Below, one piece after another: positions 50,066-61,185 of a stretch of DNA of 64,000 nt. Below the pieces are notes generated by a model, which did not search any database, was not told the DNA's origin, and was given only the letters and a program-made list of their open reading frames with translations. Source of the stretch: a virus; IMG/VR virus record IMGVR_UViG_3300042197_002147, positions 32,001 to 96,000 of that record; one strand, given 5' to 3'. Numbering within the stretch: the first letter of the stretch is position 1; every line of letters begins with the position of its first letter. Position numbers and translations under genes: made by a program.

Positions 50066-51811
50066 ATGTCAAACTCAAATGATAATGTTTTATTAATTAT
50101 TACAACATTTAGAAATCAGAGCGAAGTAAGTGCTTCTGGTACTAATGTTAATAATTTAATTCCATCTTCATTACAATCAACTAAAATAGAATACGCAGGA
50201 AATAGCGTAAATAATATTATAGTAAATCCTGCTCAATCCGCAGAGATAACTGTAACTCCCTTCGTTAATTCAACGAATATAATTGCAACAACAGAGAAAA
50301 CTACTGTTTTGGTTGCAACTCCCCTTGGTCCTTCTATTCCTGGCGCAGCAGGTCCGGCCGGAATTGCCGGAGCAACTGGTAATACTGGTGCAACTGGACC
50401 AACTGGTCCTGTTGGTGATTATGTCATATCATTGAATGGATTAACTGGAATTATTGGTATAAGTGCCGGAACAAATGTAATAATTACAAGTTCTGGAAAT
50501 GACATCATAATAGGTTCTTCTGGTGGATCTGGTGTTCCCGGTGGAAATAACACACAAATACAATTTAACAACAATGGTGCTTTCGGTGGTTCTAGTAATT
50601 TAACATGGCAAGAATCTGCGCCTGCTGGATCTGGTAAAACTGCTTCTTATGTTGAATTTAAAAATAGGTCTGGAATAAAGTTATATGAAAAATCAACATA
50701 TGGTAATAATTTTATCAGTTTTGTTGCTCCAGAGATCATTGATGATACAAGTGGATCGGTATATGTATTTCCTTCCGGTCTTTGCGGTCCAGTAAACAGT
50801 TATTTGTCATTGACTAATAAAAATAACGGAATATATCAACTAAGTTGGGTAAAAAACATTTATTTGGAGCTTTTGGATACTTCTGCTGTCAACACCGATA
50901 CACTAACTGTTGGTTCTTTGATAACTTTTGCAGATGGAACTACTCTTTCTTCAGCAGATACAATTGTTGGTGCTACAGGCGCAACTGGTGCAACTGGTGC
51001 TACTGGTTCTCAAGGTGTTCAAGGAATTCAAGGACCAACTGGTTCTACGGGCGCAACTGGTGCTACTGGTTCTCAAGGTATACAGGGAAATACAGGACCA
51101 ACAGGTGCTACTGGATCACAGGGTATTCAGGGACCTCAAGGAACTACTGGTGCTACTGGTTCTCGCGGAACAACTGGTTCGTCTGTTTTAAATTTTTCAA
51201 TACTTGATGGTTATTTGGAATATCAAATACAAAATTTTAGTCCAGATGTTATTTTAAATGGAAATGCTGGTTATGTAGTTGGTTCTATTGGACCAACTGG
51301 TCCTACTGGTGCTACTGGTTCTCAAGGCATACAGGGAAATACAGGACCAACAGGTGCTACTGGTTCTCAAGGCATACAGGGAAATACAGGATCAACAGGT
51401 GCTACTGGATCACAGGGTATTCAGGGACCTCAAGGAACCACTGGTGCAACTGGTCCGACAGAAGATAATATAACACTTTTTATTGATGGAACACCGGATG
51501 AAATATCTACAGGTAATAAGGGTTATAAGCAAATACCATATGATTGCTCTATATTGGAATGGTACATTTTGGCAGGACAAACTGGATCAATACAATTCGA
51601 TATTAAAAAATCTTCGTTTAATAATTATCCATCAACTTCTTCTATAGTCGGAGGAGATTATCCAAATTTGTCATCTCAATTAAAAAATTCAAACACCGGA
51701 GTAACACTTTGGTCTGGTATATCTGGTGGAGATATGATTGATTTTGTGATAAATAGTAACACAGGCATAGAAAAAGTAGGTTTATTCATTAAAATACGGA
51801 GAACTTTATGA
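50066..51811 (+). CDS. Collagen-like tail fibre protein
   Basis: Gly-X-Y runs ([15 protein letters not shown]); VISLNGLTG and [12 protein letters not shown] fibre motifs. Confidence 0.85.
   Translation: MSNSNDNVLLIITTFRNQSEVSASGTNVNNLIPSSLQSTKIEYAGNSVNNIIVNPAQSAEITVTPFVNSTNIIATTEKTTVLVATPLGPSIPGAAGPAGIAGATGNTGATGPTGPVGDYVISLNGLTGIIGISAGTNVIITSSGNDIIIGSSGGSGVPGGNNTQIQFNNNGAFGGSSNLTWQESAPAGSGKTASYVEFKNRSGIKLYEKSTYGNNFISFVAPEIIDDTSGSVYVFPSGLCGPVNSYLSLTNKNNGIYQLSWVKNIYLELLDTSAVNTDTLTVGSLITFADGTTLSSADTIVGATGATGATGATGSQGVQGIQGPTGSTGATGATGSQGIQGNTGPTGATGSQGIQGPQGTTGATGSRGTTGSSVLNFSILDGYLEYQIQNFSPDVILNGNAGYVVGSIGPTGPTGATGSQGIQGNTGPTGATGSQGIQGNTGSTGATGSQGIQGPQGTTGATGPTEDNITLFIDGTPDEISTGNKGYKQIPYDCSILEWYILAGQTGSIQFDIKKSSFNNYPSTSSIVGGDYPNLSSQLKNSNTGVTLWSGISGGDMIDFVINSNTGIEKVGLFIKIRRTL
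50969..51457 (+). repeat. Collagen-coding repeats with near-identical nucleotide blocks
   Basis: ggtgctactggttctcaagg(c/t)atacagggaaatacagga recurs three times. Confidence 0.85.
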
Positions 51812-54258
51812 GATCAGCGGTAGAACATCATTTTACAGGTTTGACAGCAGGATTTACTGGTGGGCTTCCAGCTGTAGGCGTTACTGCTGGATATGATTCA
51901 ACAAAAACATTAATTTCTTCTTTGTTGCGTCAAGCCACGGGATCAAACTACGAAGACAAGTACATCTCCGCAAAACCATCTACTATTGTCAACATCCCCG
52001 AAGTGTTTACTTCAGGTACACAAGCATACCCGTTTGTGTATAAATGGTCTGACAACATTTATTGGGTATTCACGGCATCAAATGCTACTGCCGCCGCTAC
52101 GAGAACTATTGCCCTTACCGAATTCAACTCAACAAATTCAACCCTGACATACAAGGGGTTCATCACGCTACTCGGAACTACAGTTTCGGGTAGCAAGACT
52201 GTTCGTTCTTTACGAGCAATGGTCTACAAGCACACAACAGGAACAGTTTCAACAAGCGGTTCATCCACCACAATTTCAGGATCTGGAACGGGGTTTACGG
52301 ATGAACGAATTGCTGTGGGAGCAAGAATCGGTTTTGGAACCACCGATCCAACCGCAGTTACTACATGGTATGAAATCACGGCAATCACGGATAACACCAC
52401 TCTAACGATAAATGCACCCGTAACACTTTCAGCAGGAACTTCGTATGCCATAGAGGAGATTCGCATTGCTCTTGCCTGCACTCAATCAGGTACGGGTACT
52501 GTAGTTCTCAACAGCGGTTTGCATTACATCAAGGGATTAAACTATAGCACATTTACAAACGGTGGAACTAACATCCCAGAGGCAACAACCGTAGACAACA
52601 TTCGTGCCTCGTATCTCCTGACCGATGCAAGAATCAACGGAGATGATATACAGACATTTACGGTTACGATTGCTTCACCCGCAGTAGTGACTTGCAACAG
52701 CCACGGATTGAGAAATGGCGATGTCGTAATTCTCACGACAACTGGTGCATTGCCAACAAACTTGACTGCATCACCTACTACTGCTGCAACTCCATATTTC
52801 GTTATCAACGCATCCACAAACACATTTAATCTCTCAACGACACTCAACGGCACGGCAATCAATACAAGCGGTTCTCAGAGCGGAACTCATACTCTGCACT
52901 CCCATGCAAAAAATGTAAGCGCAACTTTGGCAATAGATGATGAGGTCAGCAAAACAGACCACAGCATCTACATGGTTTCTACATATGGCACGGCTTGTTC
53001 TATAACAGAGTATAATCTACGAGCAGCACTTACTGTTGGTGCAATGGGATCGTTTATAACCGCAGGAACTTCAACAAGTGCATATGTGCTATCTACCACA
53101 ACACAAGCGGTTACGGGAACACCTTCACAGGTAAATTCTGGAAGAATATTTACAGTAAACCACGGCTCTGCGTCAGGAGTAAAGTCTTTGTGGTTTGTGA
53201 CAACAACGAGAGTATATCGTGTTCCTGACGCAAACATAACCGATGGTTCTGTAAACTGGCTTGTGGATGCAATGCTTGAAGTTCCACCTGGAGGTAGCGT
53301 TACATACACTGCTCTTAGTAATATGTCTCAGGTGGATTATTCCTCCACAATTGATCGTTTGTTTGTCACAAACGCGAGTGGTCGTTTTGGTGTTTATATT
53401 ACGCCATATACAACTGATGGAAGTCAGTTTGAAAAATATATTGGTGCAAACCTTAACAGATTAAAACTTACCACAACACCAAGTGGTGCAAGTGATGGGT
53501 TGTTTCCGCAGACTACGCTTACACTTTGGACAGAAGACGGATGGATGTTTGTTATTCCAAACTCAACTACCTCGGGACAAAACTGGTTATATGTGTTCCC
53601 CTTTGGTACGGATGCTTACTACAACAGCACAACAAACCAACACATCATCACACCCAAACTTGCAACCACGGGTGCGACCAAACTGTATCACGCCTATGTT
53701 GACCACATGGAATACGCAGGAGATTACGGGCTTGGATTCCCCGTTGAGTCCTACAAGTTGTGGTATCGCACAAGCGGCATAGACGACAATAGCGGTGCGT
53801 GGACGGAAGTTCCCGTTGGAGCGGACTTGGACGCTGCTGCGGTGGGCGACTACATTCAATTCAAGATTGCATTTGACATTTTGGGCGAGATTTGCGCTCC
53901 AACACGCATCTACTCCATAGCAGCAACATACGAGGACAACTCGCAGGATTCGCACTATCAGCCTTCCTTGGCGAAGTCATCCACGGCAAGCAAGATATTC
54001 GCATGGAGACAGGTCGCAGCATGGGGATCGAACATCCCGAACCTTCGCATTCGGCTCTATGATGCAACGACAAACAACGAGTTGCTGAACGATACCGTGA
54101 CGAACTCTTCCTACGGAACATGGCAGTATTCCACGGATGGAACCAACTGGTTGTCGTGGAGTTCTTCTGCGGATGCAATCGGAAATTACATTCGCTATAC
54201 CGCAACCAACTTCGGCTACAGCGGAGTCACCGTCAGGGCATTGCTGACACAGGCATAA
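51808..54258 (+). CDS. Thr-rich virion structural/tail-associated protein
   Basis: 816 aa, beta-rich; ASPAVVT..HGL..GD.V motif common in phage tail proteins; coupled to the fibre gene. Confidence 0.7.
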   Translation: MRSAVEHHFTGLTAGFTGGLPAVGVTAGYDSTKTLISSLLRQATGSNYEDKYISAKPSTIVNIPEVFTSGTQAYPFVYKWSDNIYWVFTASNATAAATRTIALTEFNSTNSTLTYKGFITLLGTTVSGSKTVRSLRAMVYKHTTGTVSTSGSSTTISGSGTGFTDERIAVGARIGFGTTDPTAVTTWYEITAITDNTTLTINAPVTLSAGTSYAIEEIRIALACTQSGTGTVVLNSGLHYIKGLNYSTFTNGGTNIPEATTVDNIRASYLLTDARINGDDIQTFTVTIASPAVVTCNSHGLRNGDVVILTTTGALPTNLTASPTTAATPYFVINASTNTFNLSTTLNGTAINTSGSQSGTHTLHSHAKNVSATLAIDDEVSKTDHSIYMVSTYGTACSITEYNLRAALTVGAMGSFITAGTSTSAYVLSTTTQAVTGTPSQVNSGRIFTVNHGSASGVKSLWFVTTTRVYRVPDANITDGSVNWLVDAMLEVPPGGSVTYTALSNMSQVDYSSTIDRLFVTNASGRFGVYITPYTTDGSQFEKYIGANLNRLKLTTTPSGASDGLFPQTTLTLWTEDGWMFVIPNSTTSGQNWLYVFPFGTDAYYNSTTNQHIITPKLATTGATKLYHAYVDHMEYAGDYGLGFPVESYKLWYRTSGIDDNSGAWTEVPVGADLDAAAVGDYIQFKIAFDILGEICAPTRIYSIAATYEDNSQDSHYQPSLAKSSTASKIFAWRQVAAWGSNIPNLRIRLYDATTNNELLNDTVTNSSYGTWQYSTDGTNWLSWSSSADAIGNYIRYTATNFGYSGVTVRALLTQA

Positions 54259-54259
54259 A

Positions 54260-54400
54260 ATGGACGATATCATATTTTACAGCGCATATTTCTACTTTGA
54301 GATGCCGGTATTAGATCCGGGTACTATTAATTTAATTGAAGCACAAAGCACATACTACACTCTGAGACTTGCTTTACCAGAAAGAATAAGTATTTCATAA
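54260..54400 (+). CDS. 46-aa small protein absent from the ORF track (MDDIIFYSAY...ERISIS)
   Basis: ATG 54260 to TAA 54400 fills the gap with 1-nt spacing on both sides. Confidence 0.6.
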   Translation: MDDIIFYSAYFYFEMPVLDPGTINLIEAQSTYYTLRLALPERISIS

Positions 54401-54401
54401 T

Positions 54402-57185
54402 ATGTCCAATTTTCCTTCCAATCCATCAACTGGAGCAACCTTTAATGTGTTGGGTAAAGGTTGGATATATGATGGATACGGTTGGGCGGCATTAGACGAT
54501 ATTATCGGAATTTCTGCTGGAAATCAGATTGCAATAACAATAACTGGTCAGGCTCCAGCAGGACCAACATATACAATAGATGTAATTGATGGTGCAACCA
54601 GTGATTTACATGCTGGTGTGGTTTATGGTGTTTCTGGAAGCATTTATGCATCTAGTCTTGCAACTGGTCTTTTGCACGGTGGCATTATTACAATAAATGC
54701 AGGAAATAGTGCTGCTTTTGATATTACATCTGGTAGTGGTCAAATTCATAGTTCTGGATCTACATACACAGCAGATCCACAACCAACATATCAATATGTT
54801 ACATGGCCAGCACAAACTGGAATTACTTTACAATACCTTTCTTCTTCGGATACAACTTGGATTTACATAGACTCGTCTGGTACTGTGCAACAAAGATCAT
54901 CGTACTATACTGATAATCAATTAGAAGAAAATATAATCATAGGACAGCTGGTTCACCCGTCAAGAACTTTTATTAATCTTGCAAGAACAAATCCAAATGT
55001 TGCATATGCAACAGACAAACAGTATGAACAATTTATTCGTATTTTTGGACCAGTAAAGGGATCTGGTCATACCATACAACCAAACGGAGCAAATCTGAAA
55101 TTAAACAGGACTTCAGGTACGGCTTTCAGTCTTGGAAGAAACTGGATCAATGACACAAATAATCCGAGTGTGGTTTCGGATGGTGCATATACTGATTGTA
55201 TTTTCTATCGTTACTATCGTGGTGCTACTGCTGGAACATTTATCACCGTACCAAATCAAACTGCAATTGATCCTACAAATTATGATGATGGAAGCGGAAC
55301 ACTTCAATCGCTGCCTGGTGGTAAATATAGTATTCAAAGAATATTTTATTACCCAAATACACCAAGTCTTTTGGGTGTATATTACGGAAGAGCACAATAT
55401 ACAAGTTTGGCCGAAGCAGCAGCAAATATTAATTTTGAAGATTTTACAGAAATTGAAAATACAAGAACAAATGCAATTTTCGTTGCAACATTAATAGTCA
55501 AATCCGGTGCTACCGATTTGACAAACACGAATGATGCTTTAATACTACAAGCCGGTGCTTTTAGAAGCACAATTAGTGGCGGTGGTTCTGTTGCAACTAA
55601 ATTCGATGATTTAACTGATGTCGTAATTACGGGCGTACAGGATGATCAAATAATAATATACAACAGTGCAACATCACAATGGGAAAATACAAATTCCTCT
55701 CATGTTTCTGTTACATCCTACAATGGTCGTACTGGTGCTGTTCAGGGTGTTTCGGCGGCCGCGGCCGGATCTGGTATTAGTGTTTCTGGTGCAACAGGTG
55801 CTGTGACTATAACAAATACTGGTGTTCAAAGTTTTAATGGATCTACCGGAACAATCACGGGTGTTTCCAGTATCCGTGGATTAACTGGTGCCGTAGGAAT
55901 CACCAACGGCAGTGGAATAGGTCTGAGTGTTTCTGGTCAAACAATGACCTTTAGCAACACCGGAGTTTTGAGTATTGACGGTGGCACTGGTGCGATTACA
56001 TATGTTGCCCGTACAAATGTTGCAAATACTTTTACTGCTAGTCAGACTATAGAAGGTTTAGGAAGAGTATTATCAATAAACGACGCAAACGCAAATATAT
56101 TTACAGCATATTCAAGTCAATTAGAATGGTATAATGATCTTTCGAGCACAAGTCAATACTGGGTTCCTTCTCCAGGACCAAATCCGAGCACAATTACTTT
56201 TCCAAACGAAAATGGTACAATAGCACTTACAAAAAATGTGGTTAGTTCTTTTAATGGTCTGACGGGTGCAATTGTCGGTGTTAATAGTGTCCGTGGTTTA
56301 ACTGGTGCAGTAGGAATCACCAACGGCAGTGGAATCGGTCTGAGTGTTTCTGGTCAGACAATGACCTTCAGCAATACTGGTGTTTTGAGCATTAATGGTA
56401 GCACTGGTGCCATTACGAATGTTGCTAGAACTAATGTAGACAATTTTTTTAATGCAAGTCAAACAATAAGCGCAGCAAATGCTGTTCTGGCAATTGTGGA
56501 TTCCTCTTCCTTCAACGAAGTATCATTTCAGGGAGAATTTAACAGGTTATACTTTTATAATGATCTGTCTGGTGGAGAGGTATTTTTTCAACCAACTATT
56601 GCACCAGCAAGCACAATAACCGTATCTCTTCCAGATTACAGCACAACCCTAGCAGGACTTGCAGGCACACAAATTTTTACAGGAACAAATACTTTTAGTG
56701 CTCTTACAAACTTTCCCAGTGGTATTAGTGCTGCTGGTGCAACCTTCAGTTCACTTGTAAGATTTAATGCAGGAATCTCTGCATCTGGTGGCATTACATT
56801 TAATAGTGATGTTACTATAAATTTATCAAACAATCTTAATGTTGGTGGCATACAATCTAACAAATCTGCATTGGAAATAGATACAGCCAGAGTAGATTCC
56901 AGAGTTGCAATGGGTGATTACACTGCACTTGGAAATTCAACTTTTATTTATCTTAGAAATGCTACAAGTGAATTACAATTAAGCAATCCTTTTGGTGTCA
57001 TAACTATAGGTGATCCGGATGGTTATAATAGCGGTTATTTTATTGGTTATGATGCAAGCAATGGTAATTTATATGGTAATGCTTCAGTAATAAGTGATTT
57101 TAGTACAATAAGTTCTAATAATGGATTTTATGAAACTGCAAATTCAATCAGAGTGACAAACAATGCTAGGAGTTGGTTTTTATGA
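54402..57185 (+). CDS. Tail fibre protein with internal repeats
   Basis: N-terminal FPSNPSTG...W.YDG..W; repeated V.S.NG.TGAV units; LTDV...DDQIIIYNS..QWEN. Confidence 0.8.
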   Translation: MSNFPSNPSTGATFNVLGKGWIYDGYGWAALDDIIGISAGNQIAITITGQAPAGPTYTIDVIDGATSDLHAGVVYGVSGSIYASSLATGLLHGGIITINAGNSAAFDITSGSGQIHSSGSTYTADPQPTYQYVTWPAQTGITLQYLSSSDTTWIYIDSSGTVQQRSSYYTDNQLEENIIIGQLVHPSRTFINLARTNPNVAYATDKQYEQFIRIFGPVKGSGHTIQPNGANLKLNRTSGTAFSLGRNWINDTNNPSVVSDGAYTDCIFYRYYRGATAGTFITVPNQTAIDPTNYDDGSGTLQSLPGGKYSIQRIFYYPNTPSLLGVYYGRAQYTSLAEAAANINFEDFTEIENTRTNAIFVATLIVKSGATDLTNTNDALILQAGAFRSTISGGGSVATKFDDLTDVVITGVQDDQIIIYNSATSQWENTNSSHVSVTSYNGRTGAVQGVSAAAAGSGISVSGATGAVTITNTGVQSFNGSTGTITGVSSIRGLTGAVGITNGSGIGLSVSGQTMTFSNTGVLSIDGGTGAITYVARTNVANTFTASQTIEGLGRVLSINDANANIFTAYSSQLEWYNDLSSTSQYWVPSPGPNPSTITFPNENGTIALTKNVVSSFNGLTGAIVGVNSVRGLTGAVGITNGSGIGLSVSGQTMTFSNTGVLSINGSTGAITNVARTNVDNFFNASQTISAANAVLAIVDSSSFNEVSFQGEFNRLYFYNDLSGGEVFFQPTIAPASTITVSLPDYSTTLAGLAGTQIFTGTNTFSALTNFPSGISAAGATFSSLVRFNAGISASGGITFNSDVTINLSNNLNVGGIQSNKSALEIDTARVDSRVAMGDYTALGNSTFIYLRNATSELQLSNPFGVITIGDPDGYNSGYFIGYDASNGNLYGNASVISDFSTISSNNGFYETANSIRVTNNARSWFL
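55873..56437 (+). repeat. Intragenic duplication of ~150 nt at 417-nt offset
   Basis: 55873-56020 vs 56290-56437; both encode RGLTGAVGITNGSGIGLSVSGQTMTFSNTGVLSI.G.TGAIT.VARTNV. Confidence 0.9.
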
Positions 57186-58894
57186 GAACAAGGTCAAATC
57201 GCTTAAATAATGGTTATATTGGAGATTATACTGCTCACGATGATGTAACAGGTGTAGTTAGTTTAAATAAAAAGTATCTTGTAAACGATTATAGTGCCGA
57301 AACTACTTGGGTTAGACCGTCACAGTGGAGACAAGGACCAAGTGTTTCTGAGGGTGAACAAAAAATTGTAATCACAAATGCAGTGTATAACACGGATAAT
57401 AATTTTACTGCATTTACAATGAGTGGAAATTTTGCAGTAGATTGGGGTGACGGTACTACAGGAGCTTTTACTTCACTTAATACTGCATCAAAAAATTATG
57501 ATAAAACTACCTATGCTGGTCTTACCAGTGATGTTTTTAGAGGATATAAGACTTTAAACATCGTTATTACACCACAGGCTGGAGCTACATTCAACGGTCA
57601 ATTAAATTTGGCAGTAAAACATCCACAGTCAGGATTACAAAGTTATTATTCTAATGGATATCTTGAAATAATAATGTCCGCACCATTTATGACCGGACCA
57701 ATTACAATTTCAGATACAACATTTAACAACAGATCAGCTTCTAGATTATTGGAACATTTTAGATGGATCGGAAATTCAAGTTTAACTTCAATAGGTGCAT
57801 CTTTTATTGGTTGCAATAATCTTAAAATTATAAGTGCATTTCCTTCAACTAGAAATTGTACAGATTTTCAGAGTTTGTTTCACAGTTGTCACAGCTTAGA
57901 ATGGATACCACCAACTATATGTGAAACTGGAAATGCTACAGTTTTAGCATTTATGTTCTATTTGTGTACAGCTTTAAAAAGAGTTCCCGGAACATTTAAC
58001 ACAAGCAAGGCAACTTCAATGACACAGTTGTTTCAAGATTGTACAATGTTAAAAAGAATACCAGCAATCGACACATCAAAAGTTACAGGTTCAAATATGG
58101 CTGGATTGTTTGCTGGTTGTTTTTCTATAGAAACAATACCGGGAGAAATTAATGCTCAAAATGCAACAGCTTTAAATGCTTTGTTTCAAAATTGCAATAA
58201 TTTAAGAAAATTACCTAAAATAATAAACACCTCCAATGTAACTAATTTTTCAGCAATGTTTAATGGAACTAGAGCAATAGATGTTATACCTTACTTCGAT
58301 ACAAGTAAAGGAACAGATTTTTCTAGTATGTTTTCTGTTACTGGTGCTCGAAAATTTGATGATGCATGGGGCCTTACATTTAACATGCCCCAAGCAACAA
58401 GAACTGATAACATGTTTAGATTTACTAGAACTTTAGAAAGAGTACCCAATACATTTGTTACTGGTGCAACTCTTACAAACTGTTCAGAAATGTTCTATGA
58501 GTGCTATTCATTAACAAATTGTCCCACTATTACAAATATTTCAAATTGCACAAACTTAACAGGAATGTTTTATAATTGTCGTGCAATTAAGGAAATTCCA
58601 ACAATGACTATTTCAAATAATGCAAACAATTATGGTGGAACGGCTACTACTACTAGAATGTTTTATCAAAATTGGAACTTAAGTTCATGTGGATTAACAG
58701 GATTTACCGGAGCAAATGTTTCATTTGAAGCTTGTTCTCTTGGTGCTACAGCCTTAAATGATATTTATAGAAGTTTAGCTGTTGTTGGTGCTTCTGGTGC
58801 TGGTGTGCGTACTATTACTGTAACTGGAAATTGGGGAACCGCAGCAGATGATACTATGATTGCAATAGCAAAAGGATGGGCAGTATCGGGGTAA
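57182..58894 (+). CDS. BspA/DUF285-like leucine-rich-repeat surface protein
   Basis: Repeats such as FNTSKATSMTQLF, NTSNVTNFSAMF, FDTSKGTDFSSMF; VDWGDG; ATG overlaps the upstream TGA. Confidence 0.8.
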   Translation: MRTRSNRLNNGYIGDYTAHDDVTGVVSLNKKYLVNDYSAETTWVRPSQWRQGPSVSEGEQKIVITNAVYNTDNNFTAFTMSGNFAVDWGDGTTGAFTSLNTASKNYDKTTYAGLTSDVFRGYKTLNIVITPQAGATFNGQLNLAVKHPQSGLQSYYSNGYLEIIMSAPFMTGPITISDTTFNNRSASRLLEHFRWIGNSSLTSIGASFIGCNNLKIISAFPSTRNCTDFQSLFHSCHSLEWIPPTICETGNATVLAFMFYLCTALKRVPGTFNTSKATSMTQLFQDCTMLKRIPAIDTSKVTGSNMAGLFAGCFSIETIPGEINAQNATALNALFQNCNNLRKLPKIINTSNVTNFSAMFNGTRAIDVIPYFDTSKGTDFSSMFSVTGARKFDDAWGLTFNMPQATRTDNMFRFTRTLERVPNTFVTGATLTNCSEMFYECYSLTNCPTITNISNCTNLTGMFYNCRAIKEIPTMTISNNANNYGGTATTTRMFYQNWNLSSCGLTGFTGANVSFEACSLGATALNDIYRSLAVVGASGAGVRTITVTGNWGTAADDTMIAIAKGWAVSG

Positions 58895-58897
58895 AAT

Positions 58898-59119
58898 ATG
58901 GATAGAGGACCAGGATTTTATAAAAACGATAACGGAGACTTATTACACGGACCAAATTATGTTTTGGCCGGAAGTTATAGTTTATTTAAAGAAGAAAAGG
59001 ATAACTACATCTATCCAATAGGTGGATGGTATTGGTTTGACACAGAATCTTCAGCCAGAGTATTTTTTAACCTTCCAGAATTACAAATAAATATAGAAGA
59101 AGGATATCCTTATGCCTGA
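58898..59119 (+). CDS. Small hypothetical protein
   Basis: 73-aa ORF tightly packed in the fibre operon. Confidence 0.7.
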   Translation: MDRGPGFYKNDNGDLLHGPNYVLAGSYSLFKEEKDNYIYPIGGWYWFDTESSARVFFNLPELQINIEEGYPYA

Positions 59120-59432
59120 AACATATAAAAGTGTTGGTACTATAGTTGGTGTTACCGCCGCAACCACAGTTTACAATGGAGTCGTTGGAACTGCACTTGT
59201 TAATTCTATTAATATAAGTAATACTGATGTGAACAATACAAATTATGTTACATTGGAACTTATAAAAGGAGCAACTGCTTATTCATTAATAACTGGAGCT
59301 CAACTTCCATCAAGAACAAGTTTTCAAGCACTAGATGCACCATTAGCACTTGAATCTGGAAATACATTAAGATATACTTCTGGATACACCTTTGGAACAC
59401 ATGTTGTCGTTTCTGTGATGGAAATTACTTGA
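59112..59432 (+). CDS. Small beta-rich putative virion protein
   Basis: AAGGA RBS; PLALESGNTL...VSVMEIT C-terminus. Confidence 0.7.
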   Translation: MPETYKSVGTIVGVTAATTVYNGVVGTALVNSINISNTDVNNTNYVTLELIKGATAYSLITGAQLPSRTSFQALDAPLALESGNTLRYTSGYTFGTHVVVSVMEIT

Positions 59433-59456
59433 CATTTTTTAATTTCGTGTTATACT
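59429..59456 (+). promoter_or_regulatory. Sigma70 promoter TTGACA-16-(TG)TATACT, 7 nt before the dut ATG
   Basis: Hexamers at 59429-59434 and 59451-59456. Confidence 0.75.
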
Positions 59457-59463
59457 TTTTGTC

Positions 59464-59895
59464 ATGTTAAAAATATATCGAATTCAAGAAAATGCAGTTT
59501 TTCCAAGATTTGCAACAGAGCAATCTGCTTGCTTTGACATTTCTGCACACGGAAATCATTTTATACCAGCACACCATTCTATGGCGATTCCAACTGGACT
59601 AATTTTAGATATTCCAGTTGGTCACTCGGTTAGAGTTCACCCAAGATCTGGTTTGGCATATAAAAAGGGAATTACACTTTTAAATGCTGAAGGAATTATT
59701 GATTCAGATTACACAGATGAATTAAAAATTATATTATTCAATACTTCAAATTTGGATTTTGTCATAAATCACGGAGATCGTATTGCTCAAGGAGAATTAG
59801 TGAAAAGTCTTGACTATACGATTGAAGAATGCTATACTGCGCCAACCCAAAAAACCGACAGAGTTGGTGGTTTTGGTAGCACAGGCGTTCAATGA
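59464..59895 (+). CDS. dut: Trimeric dUTPase
   Basis: SACFD, PRSGLA, GIIDSDY, GDRIAQ, RVGGFGSTG. Confidence 0.96.
   Translation: MLKIYRIQENAVFPRFATEQSACFDISAHGNHFIPAHHSMAIPTGLILDIPVGHSVRVHPRSGLAYKKGITLLNAEGIIDSDYTDELKIILFNTSNLDFVINHGDRIAQGELVKSLDYTIEECYTAPTQKTDRVGGFGSTGVQ
59810..59838 (+). promoter_or_regulatory. Internal promoter TTGACT-17-(TG)TATACT within dut, upstream of the second MTase
   Basis: Near-consensus hexamers, 17-nt spacer, extended -10. Confidence 0.6.
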
Positions 59896-61181
59896 ATAAT
59901 ATAGAAAAAATAGTAAAAGAGTTTTCTGATTCCGCAAATGTAGATGGAGTTCCTGATCTATCTACGGATAAATGGAAAGCTTTAAATACAGACTATACCA
60001 AGCAAGAAATTAAAGAGAGTCTTGCTTGGTATATTATTAATCATAAACCAAAATTTCCATTTAGAAAAATTGAATTATCCACGGTAAAAAATAAATTTAA
60101 ATCTCTATCCAAAGAAGATTTATCTCACTACATCATAACGCCGGACAAAGATAAAGTAGTAGAGAAATATAATGATTACAAATATCCTTACTCAAAACAT
60201 GGTTTGTTTTTGATTGAAGGTGGTCATTATTATAATGACATTAGTAATTATTTTCAACAAGAAAACAGATTGTCTTGCCCATCTTATGGATTTGCTTCAC
60301 CAATTGATATATGGAATGATTATGATCTTTTGATGAAAATGAACTGGATTTTTTGGAGAATGGGTACAACCACAATTAATGAAACAAACATTCGTGGGTC
60401 TTTTCGTTTAGGCGCATATGTTGCAACACAATTCAAACCACATGTTGCAACAGTCGTTTATGATTTGAGAGATTCAAAACATGTTTTGGATTTAAGCATG
60501 GGGTGGGGAGATCGTTTGGCTGGGTTTTATGCGTCAAATGCTACACATTATTACGGATGTGATCCGAATCCCCAGTCATTTGAATTGTATAAGCAACAGA
60601 TAATTGCATATGAAAGTTTTTTAGGAAACTCTAAATCTTTCTTTCAACAAATTGACGAAAACACATGGTTATATGAAGGAATAAAAACTGTCTATATGCA
60701 AAATCTTCCTGCCGAAGATAGCAATGTATTTGATCAAGCAGAAATGGATTGCGTTTTTACATCTCCTCCATACTACTCCACTGAACTTTACAATAAGGGA
60801 GGGGAGAAAGAAGAAAATCAATCATGGCATCGTTACCCTGATTATAGCGATTGGTTAAACAAATTTTATCTACCAGTGATGAAACGAGCATATGATTGTC
60901 TTTCTTGGCGTGGCATGATGATGATTAATATCATGGATCCAACAATAAAAGGAAAGCGTTATAGAACTTGTGATGAAATGGTAGATTATATCACATCAAT
61001 TGGTGGTAATTTTATTGGTCAGATTGGGATGAAGATAAAGCAAAGACCAAAGAAGATGGAAAAGGAAGAATTGTTGGAACATTTGGCAGCAGATTTTATT
61101 GAAAATATTTGGTGTTTTTCAAAAACACAATATAAGTGGATACAAAAGAAGAGAGCAACGCTCGAAGATTTAATGGAGTAA
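59892..61181 (+). CDS. Second SAM-dependent amino-methyltransferase-fold enzyme (same family as 32757-34334)
   Basis: LDLSMGWGDRLAG, YYGCDPN, VFTSPPYY..ELY, QSW. Confidence 0.85.
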   Translation: MNNIEKIVKEFSDSANVDGVPDLSTDKWKALNTDYTKQEIKESLAWYIINHKPKFPFRKIELSTVKNKFKSLSKEDLSHYIITPDKDKVVEKYNDYKYPYSKHGLFLIEGGHYYNDISNYFQQENRLSCPSYGFASPIDIWNDYDLLMKMNWIFWRMGTTTINETNIRGSFRLGAYVATQFKPHVATVVYDLRDSKHVLDLSMGWGDRLAGFYASNATHYYGCDPNPQSFELYKQQIIAYESFLGNSKSFFQQIDENTWLYEGIKTVYMQNLPAEDSNVFDQAEMDCVFTSPPYYSTELYNKGGEKEENQSWHRYPDYSDWLNKFYLPVMKRAYDCLSWRGMMMINIMDPTIKGKRYRTCDEMVDYITSIGGNFIGQIGMKIKQRPKKMEKEELLEHLAADFIENIWCFSKTQYKWIQKKRATLEDLME

Positions 61182-61185
61182 TATT

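Noticed and set aside
50969-51457. Regularly spaced repeats as a CRISPR array
   Set aside because: They are in-frame collagen codons with no unique spacers
55873-56437. Repeat pair as a DGR template/variable repeat
   Set aside because: Differences are mostly synonymous and not adenine-specific, both copies are in-frame in one gene, and there is no RT in the window
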